DNA from: Geosiphon pyriformis uo1
Lineage: Eukaryota; Fungi; Glomeromycota
NCBI GenBank assembly: GCA_016748015.1
Contig: JAAOMT010000327.1
Coordinates: 28,966 to 92,965 of the forward strand
Reading direction: 5' to 3'
Length of the DNA: 64,000 bases
Part shown: piece by piece, positions 49,460-62,825 of the stretch
Layout of the letters: every line of letters starts with the position of its first letter
How positions within the stretch are numbered: the first letter of the stretch is position 1
Program-made: the position numbers and the translations under genes
Notes under the pieces: model-generated
Seen by the model: the letters and a program-made list of their open reading frames with translations, nothing else
Databases searched by the model: none
What the model was told of the DNA's origin: nothing

Positions 49460-52400
49460 GTAAATTTATAAAGATTTTTAGTTCAAAGCTTCTCTGATTA
49501 TAGTCACAATTCATATCATTCCAAAATATAAATCTATTTAGTTTTTTTAAATTAAGCTGTATTTTTCTGCATTGCAATTCTAAAAAAATAATGAATTTGA
49601 ATAATTACAACTCAAAAAATTTCAGATTTCGAAAATTAATACTCACAGTAATCTTTTTTACATATTCAAATTGAAAATTCTATGTTTTTTCAGACGTTCT
49701 GGACATTTTAAAAGTGGCAAATTCTTATCACAAGTATTACAATTGCTATACTAGAAAATTTAATACTTTGTATATAAATGTTAATACCTTTTTACATCTG
49801 TTAAAAAAATATGTGATGCAAAATTTTGGTCACCTGGATGGAATTTGCTGAATGTGACTATTCTTATTTGAACTTTTGGGTATAATTTTTGGTAGGCTAA
49901 TAACAAAAAAAATCTTCATCTTACAATAGTTTTAACCATATTAAACAAAAATTTCTTATCTGTTTTAAACTTTTGTTACCAAATCTGATAATGAATTCTG
50001 AATTTGGCTCGCTATAAGCCTTATTTAGAATAATGAGAAATTTTCCAATTTGTAGGTCTTTTATATAGATAATATTATTATTTGAATACCAGCTGTAAAA
50101 AATCTTCTAAGCTTTTAATTTCAACGTTTGAACTTTTAGATTAATACATGCCTGCAATTAAACTTTATTATCATTAAATTGTTTAATTTTATGTATCTGA
50201 TATCATTTCTTTTCAATAAACTTTTCTGGTATGACCAGTCATCACTTTAAAAAGTCGATCAGATACTAAAAATCTGTCCACTTTTTATAAACATGCTTTT
50301 AAATAAATTTCTGTTCTCAATTATTATGCTAAGAATTTTCATAATTAACATAATGGCAGTCAACTTATTAAACCAAAAAATTTCCATGTTACTCTAAATT
50401 AATATATTTATTTAATTTAAAAATTTTAATAATAATAGTTGATATAATAAAACTGTGAAAAAAGGTAAAATATCCAAGAAAATTTCTTTTTTTCCCTAAA
50501 ATATAGAAGAATTATTATAATGAGTGCAATAATAGTAAATGCAATTAATTTTAGTTTGTTTTCTTCTCAAAGATTCGGGGAAAGAATCAATAGTTAAAGA
50601 AATAAGTATTAAATAATATTTAAATTGATACAAACAAAATATTTTTATGGATTTCTCTGGTGCTTCATTATATTGCATCTTTGACAATATTATTACCAAT
50701 GACAACATTAACAAAATAATCTTTATTCGGTTTATTAAATGTGCTTGCTTTATGGTTCTATTATATACATGACAATATGGTGAGTTTCCAGAGTTTACCT
50801 CAGAATCGGTTTAGTCTTATTGAATTTATAATATATAATATATAATATTATTGTTGTTGTACTTTTGGGATAATGAAATTTTTGTTCAAATAAGTAATAT
50901 GTATTTCATGTCATCCCAATTAAATGATTATGTTACAAGGAGGAGAAGTAATACAATCTTGTAGAAAAAACAATGAGAAAGTCTAATTACCTTTGATATT
51001 ACCAAGAACTGGATTAGAGTTTATAAAAATTGGCCTATTTAAGTAATTGATTCATTGTTCATCTAAAAATTTAAACACAATTATTAAATTTAGATTCAAG
51101 ACTTAAATTCTAATTTACTAAAAATGCTATCAGATCATAACGTTCTATAAAATCAGATTTATAAATCAGTTAATCAAATTAACAACAAATCTAGTTAATT
51201 TTAAATATAAAATTCTTGTTGAACCTTTCATGTAATTATCTCAAATGTATTTTTTGTTTAGAATTTGCATGTTCAATAAATGCATACATTGTAGTGGTTT
51301 TTAGGTTGTAAATTAAACTATTAAAATAAAATATAGTTAATTTGTAGAGTAAATATTTGATCATCTATGTTTCTATATTACAATCTTATTAACAAGTGTT
51401 TTAGGGTTTTGCACAGTCTTTTATTAAAGAAATGTATTTTTTATTTTTAAATGACTGTTTTTGGAATATTTATTTAATACAATAAAAGAATATTCAATTT
51501 AAAAAATTATTTTGAATATTTTTTTAGTAAGTTTAACACAATTTCTAAAAGATAAGTTTTATAAATTTTATGAAAACTTGGTATTTTCTAAATCTTTCAC
51601 ATTTTATTTTTTAAAATTTCAGGTGATTTAAAGTTAATGTAATAAAAATTAGATTTGTACAAATGATATCAAGATCTTTTGCTCTGAGCCTTTAACTTTT
51701 AAACCTTGAAAAGAGATAATTTTTTTAACTATAGTAATTTTATTTAAATGGCAAGTCTCTATCTAACTCGATATCTGCCAAAGGTAAATTAATTAAAGGA
51801 TTATAAAAAAATTGATAAAATCTAATTCTTTAGTCGAGAAGCTAGTTAAACAAATTAATTAATATTAATTCTATTATTAGGTTTTAGCACCAGAATTTAA
51901 TGAAATTAATTACATTCATATTTTATTTAAGATCTTCCATTAAAAAAATCTCTGACTCAAGATAGTAGTTATAAACTCTTGTAAGGTTTTACAATGATTT
52001 GAAAATAGTATTATCAATTTTTATCTCTAAGAAGGTAATTATTGCTGAAATAAGTAAAAATGGCAATTTTATTTTTCTTTATCTTGCTATTTTAATGTGA
52101 AATAGGAATTAGACTTAAACTTTAATTAGCGATAAAATAATTATAATTTATTGTTAATAATGTATATTAAAATTTTGATTTATAAATGTGAAAATACTTT
52201 ATTTATTTAGATAAATTTATAAATAGTAAAAGTTGGTTGAATAATATTAAATTTATAAAACAAATATATTATTTTGCTTTGTTTTAATATATGAATAAAT
52301 TCTTTTATGTTATTTCAGTTTTTAAAACTTTTATTTTCAATTTTAAAATTTAAATTTTTTAATTTAATTTAATTTTCAAAAAATGGGTTATTATTATTAT

Positions 52401-52507
52401 TATTATTATTATATAGTTGTTGCTAGTGTTCTGCAAATAAATAAATTGAAATACTTGTTTAAACAATAAGACAATCAGAAACTTGTTTGGCATCTTTATG
52501 TAGTATA

Positions 52508-53784
52508 CAGTGTGTTGCAAAAAAAACTGGACAAAAATGCACATTACAAAATTTGATACAGTTTAACTAATTTTAGTTAGTTTATGGTAGTTAAATTAGG
52601 AGTGAATGCTAAGATAAATGACTAAATATGATAAATTTTTTTCGCACATTTTACTAATAATTTTTTGAAATTTTCTTGCATAATCCTACCTTCTAAGCAA
52701 GAAACACAATACCAGACCATATTATATTTTTGGAATGAAGGGATATAAGATGCAACTGAAATAAAACAGCAAACAAATATACCATGCTCTATTATTTATA
52801 ATATCCTTAAAAAACTCAAAAAAACAGGAATGGTAGTACATGCGAGTGGAAATGGTTGGCTGCAAAAAATTAAAAGAGATGCATCACAAACATTAAGACA
52901 ATACCTCTGTCGGAATTCTTTAATATCTTTGAAGACTTTGAAAATAAAATTAGCAAAAAAGAATATAGACGTTTCTTTTAGTACTATCCAAAGGCATTTA
53001 ATTAATCATGGGTATAAAAAAGACTTGTTTTTAGCAACTCCAATGCTCACCAATCTCCACAAGAAAAATTGTGCAAAGTGGGCTCAAGAACATCTCAATG
53101 ATAGTTGGAAAAGAACTGTTTTTTTAGATAAAATAACTTTTTGTCTATTCCAAATTACAGTAAAATGTTAATATAAAGGCCAATGACCAATTCGTGCTAT
53201 ACCAAAAGATTGAACAAAAATTATGGTGTGTAATGGTTTTTATGAGAAAGAAAAAATAAGTTTATTTTGTTTTACCCAAATAATGAATGCTAAGTTCTAT
53301 GTAGAAATTATTTGTAAACATTTACCTGGAATAATAAAAATATTAGGGAATGAGTAACATTTTCAACAGAATAATAACCCAAAGCACACAAGCCGTCTAG
53401 CCAAAGCCTTTCTTCAAGAGAATATGCCTGAAGTTTTAACTTAGTCATCTAATAGTTCTGACTTAAATTCCATTAAAAACTTATGGACTATTGTGAAAAA
53501 AAATGTAGAGAAGCGTATGCCCAAAAATTGGGATGAATTAGAACAGTTTATGAAGGAAAAGTGGTGAAATATTCTCCAATCTACTCTAATTGGATTAGTG
53601 GGATCAATGAAAAATTATTGAGATGATAATTGCGAATAAGAGGGAAAAAATATCATATTAAATTTTTTTTTAATAAAATTCTCTATTTTTTAGCTTTCTA
53701 ATGATATATAATTTATATCTTTTAGTGCATTGGATAAAGCACAATAATTATTTTTTTCCGTCCAATTTTTTTTGCAACACACTG
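52508..53784 (+). mobile_element. Tc1/mariner DNA transposon, DD34E type, decayed transposase (~52680-53660)
   Basis: TIRs CAGTGTGTTGCAAAAAAAA(C/T)TGGAC; TA on both sides; VFLDK (D1), FQQNNNPKH (D2), *SSNSSDLNSIKNLW (WPSNSPDLNPIENLW) with 34 residues between D2 and E. Confidence 0.95.
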
Positions 53785-53990
53785 TAGCTACTGAATTTTT
53801 TTTTATAGTTAAACTTGTGTAATCAATTTGTAGTGACATTTAATTTCTTAACATAGAGGAACAGCAGTATAAATAGAAACTCTGCTTTTAAGAAATTACT
53901 TACTTTCTAAAACATACTATTAATAAAAGATTTATAAAAGCTCTCTTCGAATTATAATCTATTCACATTTGAAATTTTATTCAGAAATAC

Positions 53991-55386
53991 ATGATTGCAA
54001 CCTGTGTTCACCCTGTCAAAAGAGTATTCTAAATAATAATTCTAATCATTGAAGTTCATACTGGTTCATATTTTTTGAAAAACTTTACCACGACTTTTGA
54101 AGCAGCAATAAAGTAGTCAATGAAATAATTAAAAATCCAATCTATATTCTATCTAATCAATCTAATATTTATAAGGCTAATTTTCATTACTATGAATGGA
54201 TTCTATGGGAGCATTTGTCGAATATCAACAAAATTGCTAGAAGAGGATTCAGTAGAATTATAAAGCAACCCTAATTGATGAATTAATTAATAAATATATT
54301 ATGAAACATCATGGTTTTATAGAATATAAAAAATGAGGAGTAGAGAAGAAAGTAACAATGAAAATTATACCAACAAACAGTGAAGAAGTGTTTAAAAAGG
54401 TAAACAAAAACTATTATTATTTATATTTATATTTATTATTTTATGTATTATTATTTTACTTACTTTCTTACTTTTTTACACTGTGTTGATAGTTAAATAT
54501 TCAAAGAGTTATTGAAATTAATAATAGTGAATATATAAATGATTATATCACTTCAATCTATAGAATTATGCAAAATGCTGAAACAGTCAAATATAGAATT
54601 GTGATGAAGTTTGCTAAACATAGAGATATGTGAAAATATTTATCAAAAATTTTCATTATATAAATGGGTTGAAAAAATTAAGTATTGCATGGAAAATAGC
54701 TAATGGACTTTCTTTAATTTATAATTATTGTATGGTTCATCATGACTTGCTCTTGGGCAATATCCTACAAAAAGATCCACAATTTGTACAAATTGGAGAT
54801 TTCGGATTATGTCAAGCAATAAATTATGAAGCAAAAACAACAGGAAAAAAAAAGATACATGGAGTTATTCCATACATTCCACCAGAAGTCTTAAGAAAAG
54901 AAAAGCTTATTTCAGCTGATAATATTTATAGTTTTGCCATGTTATTATAAGAATTAGCAACAGAAAAGCCTTCTTTTCATAATTGTTTTTATGACCACCT
55001 TCTTATAATAGATATTTTGAATAGTTAAAAACCTAAGATTACTTCCTCATTTATTCCATTTTGTTTTGCTGAAATAATTATAATGTATTGGGATGCTAAT
55101 TTTAAAAATCGTCTTACTACAGAAAAAGTTGAGAGAATTTTGGATATTCTATAAGTGGTGCAAGTATAACTCTGGAAATCTGATGTCTAGATATTAAAGG
55201 TTTATAGAACAGTCTAAAACTAAGAAAATGGAACAGTTTTTAGTATCAAAAAAATGCGTAAAGAAAATAGCAGAAGGTTAAACAATGACAACAAGCATAC
55301 ATTGAGAAGCAGTTTATAGAAGTTGTCTTTTAATTTTGCAAATGATTGATTTTTCTAAAGATTACTATTTTAGAAATCCTGATTAA
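53991..55386 (+). pseudogene. Tyrosine-kinase-like (TKL) protein kinase pseudogene with intron 54400-54492
   Basis: YEWI.WE, IARRGFSRI.KA, HHDLLLGNIL (HRDLHSGNIL), IGDFGL, GVIPYIPPEVL, NIYSFAMLL*ELAT.KP.F, H.EAVY.S; GT..AG intron; stops and frameshifts. Confidence 0.92.
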
Positions 55387-56436
55387 AAATTTTCAATAAA
55401 AAATGTTTTGAAAGAATGTAATAAAAGGAATCACAGCTAATTATTATCTTTGATAAATATTTTATCTCTAAATTGAATTTATTTCTATTTATAAGTGTTT
55501 AATATTAACCTTCATTTACAGTTTTAAATCTACCAATATAATGTAAAAATTGATATAAGATCTTTAACATTAATAATTAAATTAGCAAAAAAAGCAAATA
55601 ATTTAATTTTAAGTAGTTCATAATAAATATACATTTTTTTTAATTTCTTATCATCTTATTTTCATTATCAGAATAAAATTTGATGATAGTAAACTCTTTA
55701 TTTGGAAAAATATTATAAAATATTATTCAAAAAGATGTTTTTTATAAATTTTTGCCTTGATAAATATTAGAAAATTTTAATTATTACAAGTTAAACTCTT
55801 TTATATATACCAAGTTTTAAACAATAAATTATGTAAGTTAAGATTTAATAATAAGGTTTTGAAAAAAATTACACATAGTAATAGACTTGAGTACTATTAT
55901 TTAAAAACCGATTTCGTATTTTTAATTTCATAAATTAATAAACAATTTTTTTTGGTTAATCTTAAAGATATTTCCAAAATTTAGAAGCAGTAATTATTAT
56001 ATAACAACACTTAAATTTGAACACTTAAATTATAGTTTTCATTATTTTTAAAAATTTAGTAAAAAATTTAACAAAAATAGTTAATATAGCAACAAAAAAA
56101 AGTTATTCAAAAATATATAAATCTTACATATATCAAAAACATTTTTTTCTTAAAATATTATTTTACTTCTTTTTAAATAGTTTATAATAACTATTTCTCA
56201 AAATTTTTACTCTTATAAAAAAAACAAAATATTTACTTTTATTAATATTTTAATAGTTATTATAATTTAATAAAAACTTTAACAGTCTTTTAATAAACCA
56301 AACAATAATTATACTTTTTACATAAAAAATACTTAATAAAAAAAAACAAAGCTCAAAACAACAAAAGCAAAAATTTAATAAATTTTAAAACAGTTAAATT
56401 AATAAACATTTATTACAAAATTAGAACAGCTTTTAA
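55385..56436. repeat. Inner inverted repeat, right arm
   Basis: Reverse complement of 48394-49459; begins at the apparent kinase stop codon. Confidence 0.95.
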
Positions 56437-56659
56437 ATTTTACAACTTATTTAATACTTGTAAAACATTTTATAAAATTTAATATTAAAACTAATAAAAA
56501 TTTAATATATTGAAAAGTTTATAAAATTAATATTTTAAAAATTCTCAGACCAAATTATCTCAATAATTTTGAAAAATTACAAACAATACTTTGACTTTAA
56601 TAAAATTTAGTCATAAAAAAAAATTTTATTACTCAAGTAAAAATTAAGTTATTAATTAA

Positions 56660-57360
56660 TATAAAATTGTTATTATAATTTTATTATTAATTAGTATATA
56701 ATATTATTTTTATTTTATTACTTATTATTTTATTAAATTATTAAATAATATTATATAATACCCAAATATAACTAAAATAATCAAATTAAATAATATTTTA
56801 AATAAAATAATATTTAAAAATTTGCCAAAATTTGCTAAAATATTTAATAATTTACCAAAATAATTAGTTATTACAAATAAACAAAATAAATTTTTACTTT
56901 TTATAATTATATTGCTTTAAAATTTACAATTTAACTAATATTTTGAAATTAATTAGTTATTAGCTTTAATAACAATTTAACTAACTTCAAATCTAAACAA
57001 AAAACTATTTCTTTTGTTTAAAGTCCTTTTTTTTAAATTATTAAAAAATTTATAGTCAAGTTTTTTATAAAAAAATTAATTTTTATAAGAAAATAATTAC
57101 ATATAAAAATTGGAAAAAATTTATAATCAAAGATTTTTGCAGAAAAATTAACTTTATTGCAAAGTAACTATATTAAGTAATTAGTACAAAATTGATTATT
57201 TTTATTATAAGTATAATAAAATATATAGTTTAAAGATAAAAAATACTTTAAAAATAAATTAGCTTATTAAAAATTTAACCACTTTTATTAAAAGCACACA
57301 ATTAACAATTTTTTGATATTAACAATATCTTAAAAAATGATTAAATATTAAATAATAATA
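56660..57360 (+). mobile_element. Degenerate LTR of the 44624-45586 family
   Basis: ACTTATTATTTTATTAAATTAT and GCAAAGTAACTATA..AGTAATT blocks shared with 44624-45586; no convincing TSD. Confidence 0.7.
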
Positions 57361-58181
57361 TATTATATTATAACCTTTATGTTTTTAAAATACAAAAAAT
57401 TAAACTTATTAAATTTATTTATAACAACTTAAAGACCATTAACATTATTTTTTTGTCTTTAAATAAAAACAAACTATTTTTTTAACATAAAAATCTGGTC
57501 TTCTGTTTTTTATTATTCTTATTCTTAAATTTTTGTTTTAATCTATTTTAATAAAAAGTATTTTTATATTAAACTTTTGTAAAATATTTGAAATAGAAGT
57601 TTAATTAAACAATTAATTCTTTAGTATATTAAATTTTTTGTTGTGTTATCTAAATTTTGTTTTTTAAATACATTTTGCTAAATTATTTTACATTTATTGT
57701 AATTTATTTGAATAAATTCAACAAACTAAAAAAATTTCTTTTTTTATAAAAAAATACAACCAATTTTTGTATAAATAATATATTAATAAAAAATATAAAA
57801 TTATTTGCTTAATTTAAAACAGTATTAAATAATTAAATAAAAACATATTAAATTAAAACAGTTTTATTAACTTGTATTTTATTGTAACTTTATTTTAATG
57901 CTACTTTACAAATAATAAATAATATAAAAAACTTTAATATGCTAAAAGCAAATATAAACATAGAGTATTTCATAAAATTGAAAAATACAACAGTTTAAAT
58001 TAAATATTTCATAAACAAAAAACATATTATTATATTTACTTTATACTATGTATATATTACTTTATATTTCTAAATGAAAAAGATTTTTGAATGAAAATAA
58101 TAATAATAAAAAATAATTTTAACAAATTTTTTATTTTATTTTATTTTTCAATACCCAATTCATAAAGTTATTATTAATTTT

Positions 58182-59738
58182 AATTATTTTTATCAATATA
58201 TTTTGTAATTTTTGTATTTATACTCTTTACTTATTCTTATTTACTTTTAAATTTTTTATTTCTTTTTTTAGCTTTTTCTTATCCTCTATTTTTCAATTTT
58301 TTGGTTTTTATTATAATACTTTTTCTTTCTCAACTTCTTTTTTAATTTACTTAATTTATTTTTTTTTATCCAATTTTTTACTTTTTTATTTTAGCTTCTT
58401 TATGTATCTTTTATATTGGGTCATTGCCACTTCTAATTAATGTTTAATAGTTTTAATAGTGGTTATGATGTTTTGTGAATTTGTTATGGTTTGAAAAAAT
58501 ATGGTTAATATATGTGTGGTTATGTAACTAACATTTCAAATCTTTTATCTATTAGTATAAATTACTATTTAGATAACAAAGCTACTTTTATTAAATAGTC
58601 TTTACAGCATGCTTTGTAATATAATTTTTTATTTTAATGTGAAAAATTTATTAATAGTATTGTTTATTTTTTTCTGCTGAAAACATAGCCCAACAAATTA
58701 TTAAATATTAGACTAGAGCCAATTAAAACTATTAGTTACCACTACAGCAAACTTTTTATTGGCTACTAATTTCTCCAAATATGTTGCCTATGTTAGTCAT
58801 CATTTAAAAAGACTTGCATATGCTCATGGCTTATCAATATTGTTATTTATTTTTTAATTTAAATATTAAATTAACTTTCAAGTTATTATTATATTATATA
58901 TTTTTAACATTTAATATTGCTTAAAATAAAATATTGTAGCATAATTAATATTAAAAAATTATTTGGGACATGCTGCAACAAAACCAGACAAAGTGAATAT
59001 TTGACAGCATTAATAGGCATTTTTAATCCTTGGTTTGGTGGCACAACTATGGCTCAATATAAATTTATCAACTATTAAAGACAGTTTGATTTACCTCTGA
59101 AACCTTTTTCTTTGACAATAAACAAAGATTACTTCAAACACATAAATCACTAATTAGTAAAATTAGAACTATTCATATAAATCTAGCCATGACAAAGGTA
59201 TATTAAAAACATCAATCACAAGGGCAACAATCAGACAATCTGATTTGATGCATGTGATTGTTCTGCAATGTGATATGCTCCATGATACAAGGGAGCACAG
59301 CAAGATATAAATGCACTTACATTTTTTTGTTTCCTTCTTATAACTTGACAACATGAACCAAGTCAATTGGAAATTTGTTAATTAATACATTCAACAAAAT
59401 TCTAAGGCTATATATGACAAAATTTACACAGAGTGCCTCAAGACACAAAAAGATAAGCAAGAAAGCAATATATGTTTATTAGGAAAATATTATAAATCTT
59501 AACAACACAATAGTTGGGACAAGTTGAATTGTAGCAAAGCTAGGTTATATGTAAACTCATTTTAAAGGTGAACTGGAGGAGACAAGAGACATTATGAGTT
59601 AATAAAAAAGCAATGGAAGTTTATAAAATAGCCCTAGAGGTCTACAGAATGAGAATAATTAGAATGCATTACCACATGGACATTGAGAGAAGTATAGAAT
59701 AGAGCATTGTTATAAAGGTTAGGTTATATGTAAACTTG
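58182..59738. repeat. Outer inverted repeat, right arm
   Basis: Reverse complement of 13660-15131, with small indels. Confidence 0.95.
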
Positions 59739-60154
59739 TTGTAAAGATAAAACTGGAGATATACTATTTATGCATTTAGGTTAAATAGAATAGGAGCAAC
59801 AAAAGGAGAATAGTTCAAATACTGTTAGAATAGGCATAGCAGCGTGCAATGTTCTTCTATTTTAATTTATTTGAAAACGTTGAATATTAGTTTGAAAAGT
59901 AGTCGAAATGCGTTACTGGGCATTTATTTGATCACTCATTCTAATATTTTTGTTATATTCATTATATCTCTTCCTACATATTCATCTATTGTGGAAATTT
60001 ATTAATATTTTGACACTACATTTTTTTGGTTTATTGCTTAACATTCACTTCTATTTATACTTGTGTCTCTTTATAGCTGTTTGTGAGTAATCTTCTTCAT
60101 ATTTGCAATGCACTTTTACAAAATTTATGTTGCTATTTATTATCTCTCAAATAA

Positions 60155-62825
60155 TTGCTTGTATATGTACCACAGACACTAACTAATATATTTGCCTATT
60201 CCATATCTTTGGTGTCAATCCTATATCTTTTAAATACAAATTTGGGTTACTGGTTTGGTTATAGAGAGTACGCCGCCGTGGAAATAGCTTTTTCAAACTT
60301 GGAGTACTGTGATCCTTATGGCATTGCCAAAGCATTCTGCCAATATGTTAACAAAAACATGACGGAGTGCAATTCAACAGAGTACAACTCACCATACTGT
60401 GATTTAATACAAGCTTCCAGCTTTGAAAAGTCTCAACTGATGATTAAAATCAAGAAAATTTTACCCATTTCATATGTTTGTTTTCACAAAAAAAACAGTG
60501 GCAGATCATCTCATTGTCCAATTGCTGATATTTTGACTGAACAGAGAAAGCTTAACAATGGAACTGGATGAGATGCCGACATGGTCAAAGTATATGTTAT
60601 GTATTTTTGTGCAATATTTGAGTGCATCCAGTTCTTTTTTCATGAAATAATTGCTGAAAGATTGGCAAAACACTGGATCCAAAAACAAATTTCCAAAAAA
60701 TCATCAATGGTTTTTTGGTTTGCAGTGGAAGCAAAAATAAGAGAAATTATTGTGCAGCTTCCATCTTTGAATACGAATGTGAATGACCCCACATATTTTA
60801 CAGAATTAAAAATGGTTGTGTCTAAATACTGGAAGTCAATGAGAATATGCTTGGAAAGACTCTGAATAATTGATAGTTATAAAGTTAAATCACAATTTTT
60901 GTTTGTTTTTGACAAAGCAAGAATCCTAAATGAAAAGAATGGACAGACCTGGAGCAACTTCGAGTGTTTGCAATATGTCATGAAAACACTTCCTGTAAAC
61001 AGTGATGGTAAAAGAGTGTTTTGTGTTTTTTTGGACACTACTTCCAAGATCCATAATTTCAGTTCATTTCGTCTGCAAAAAAAAGGATGCAAACTGTTTC
61101 TTCTATTCACTGAAATTGCATTTGTCAATTTTTCTGCCACAGACTTGTCACAAACCTTGGCTGAATCAGCTCTACTACAGCACTTTTTTAAATTCGGAAG
61201 ACCATTATGGACAGCTTTGCATAGATCTGGCCATTTCAAACCAGCTGCCATCATATCATTTGCAAGAAGCAAGCTAATTGGTGGCATGGATTACAATGGC
61301 TGGCTAAATAAGAAAAATGGAGAATGGATCAATAATCTGGAGTGCCTTGCAATTTTTAGTCCTCGTCTTTGTCTGGACATTGTTTCTCAAAGCAAATTGG
61401 CCTCAACACTTACTTTAAGCTACATGCGTCCTTGTTTTTACATTAACGACACTCGAACCACAATTATGACAGGATGCATATCAGAAACAATACTCACAAA
61501 AGCTTCAGTGCAAATTACTGGTAAGTCTGAAGAAGTTGGGTTGATAAGAGTTCTGAACCCTCTCATAAACATGATAAAGGAAAGACTGGTCAAGAAAGGA
61601 TACTAAGGAGAAGTGATTGCACGCCTTATTTTGTTGCATGAATGAGACTATGCTTGTGGTGCATTGCAGTTATTAAATAGCATAGAGAGTTTGAATTGGT
61701 TTTCTCGTCCTATGCCACTAGTACACTACCTGAGATATCTTTTTAAGTATAATGTCTACTGCAATGTAATTTATAAGATGAATGAAAACGACATTAAAAA
61801 AAAGTTGTTAAAAGCATATATTCAATTTAATCATTTCATTGTGATTACTTATACACCGCCTCTCGAACATATTCTTAAAGCACTTAAGCATGACACTGCT
61901 TTTATCTGCAAGTAAAATTAACAAGGGACAGACTTGATTATTCTTTTGGTAATGAACATTGGGATCCATAACTTTATGATATTGAACAATATTTTGTATG
62001 TTCTGGTCTCTGTAAAGAACTATCAAAAGAGCAAAAATATTAACTACTTCAACAATATGACAAGCATAAATTATCCATCAAATGTCGGAATCAAACAATT
62101 ATTTACCTTGTCTTTCTTATTGCTATACATGCAATTCAGTACTAACTTGGCAGGTGTAGATGAGAAATATTATTTCTCTCAAGTTGGTACAATTACTGAA
62201 ACCATTGAGGCAAAGATAGTGGAGATTCAAAGGCATAAAAAATGAAGAATTTTCTGAAAGTTTGCTACGGAAACAGAAATACAAGTCTAATTCTAAAGAT
62301 AATGAAGTGAACTACAGCAATGAGCTTGCATACAAATATTGTTATTAGTTTGCAGTCGGATTGTTTGGTCTCACTGCATATGATTTTTTGCAAAAAAATG
62401 ATAGCAGGAATCAGTTGCTGAACACTGTTCAACAATTGCTAGTGGCTTAGGAGGATTCTGTTGATTGTTAAACAGATGAAAAGGAGCATTTTCTGCTTTG
62501 GCAGATGCAACCATTGGTGTATACATCAGAAAAGCCTGCTATAAGTTTGTGATTCCAGTCAACCAGCCAGTTGACAATTCCCAGAGTAAAAACTAGTGTT
62601 TATTGTGAAACCATAAAAACTGGAAGTTCTTTGATACCAGCCTCTTTTGATTCAATAGACCAAAAACTTATTCTTAATTAGCAGAAGCTTGAAACAGACA
62701 TTGCACAAGCCATTGAAGAAGCCGAAAAGTATCTTCAGAAGAAAGCAACAAAGACAACATAAGTTGTAAATGCTGTATATTTCCAGACAGCTATTAGTGT
62801 AATTCAAAAATTAAGTCACTTTTAG
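60155..62825 (+). pseudogene. P-loop ATPase + PD-(D/E)xK nuclease-like pseudogene (Crinkler/RHS-type C-terminal module)
   Basis: YNSPYC.LIQASSFEKSQL (Walker A, QxSGxGKSR), FVFDKAR (Walker B, FDEAR), FLDTTSKI, FGRPLW, FARSKL, GY*GEVIARLILL, FNHFI, *QGTDLII...VLVSVKN. Broken by stops; both ends are uncertain. Confidence 0.75.

Noticed and set aside
48380-56460. TSD around the inner inverted repeat (TAGT/TAAT)
   Set aside because: Too short, and dependent on an uncertain boundary.
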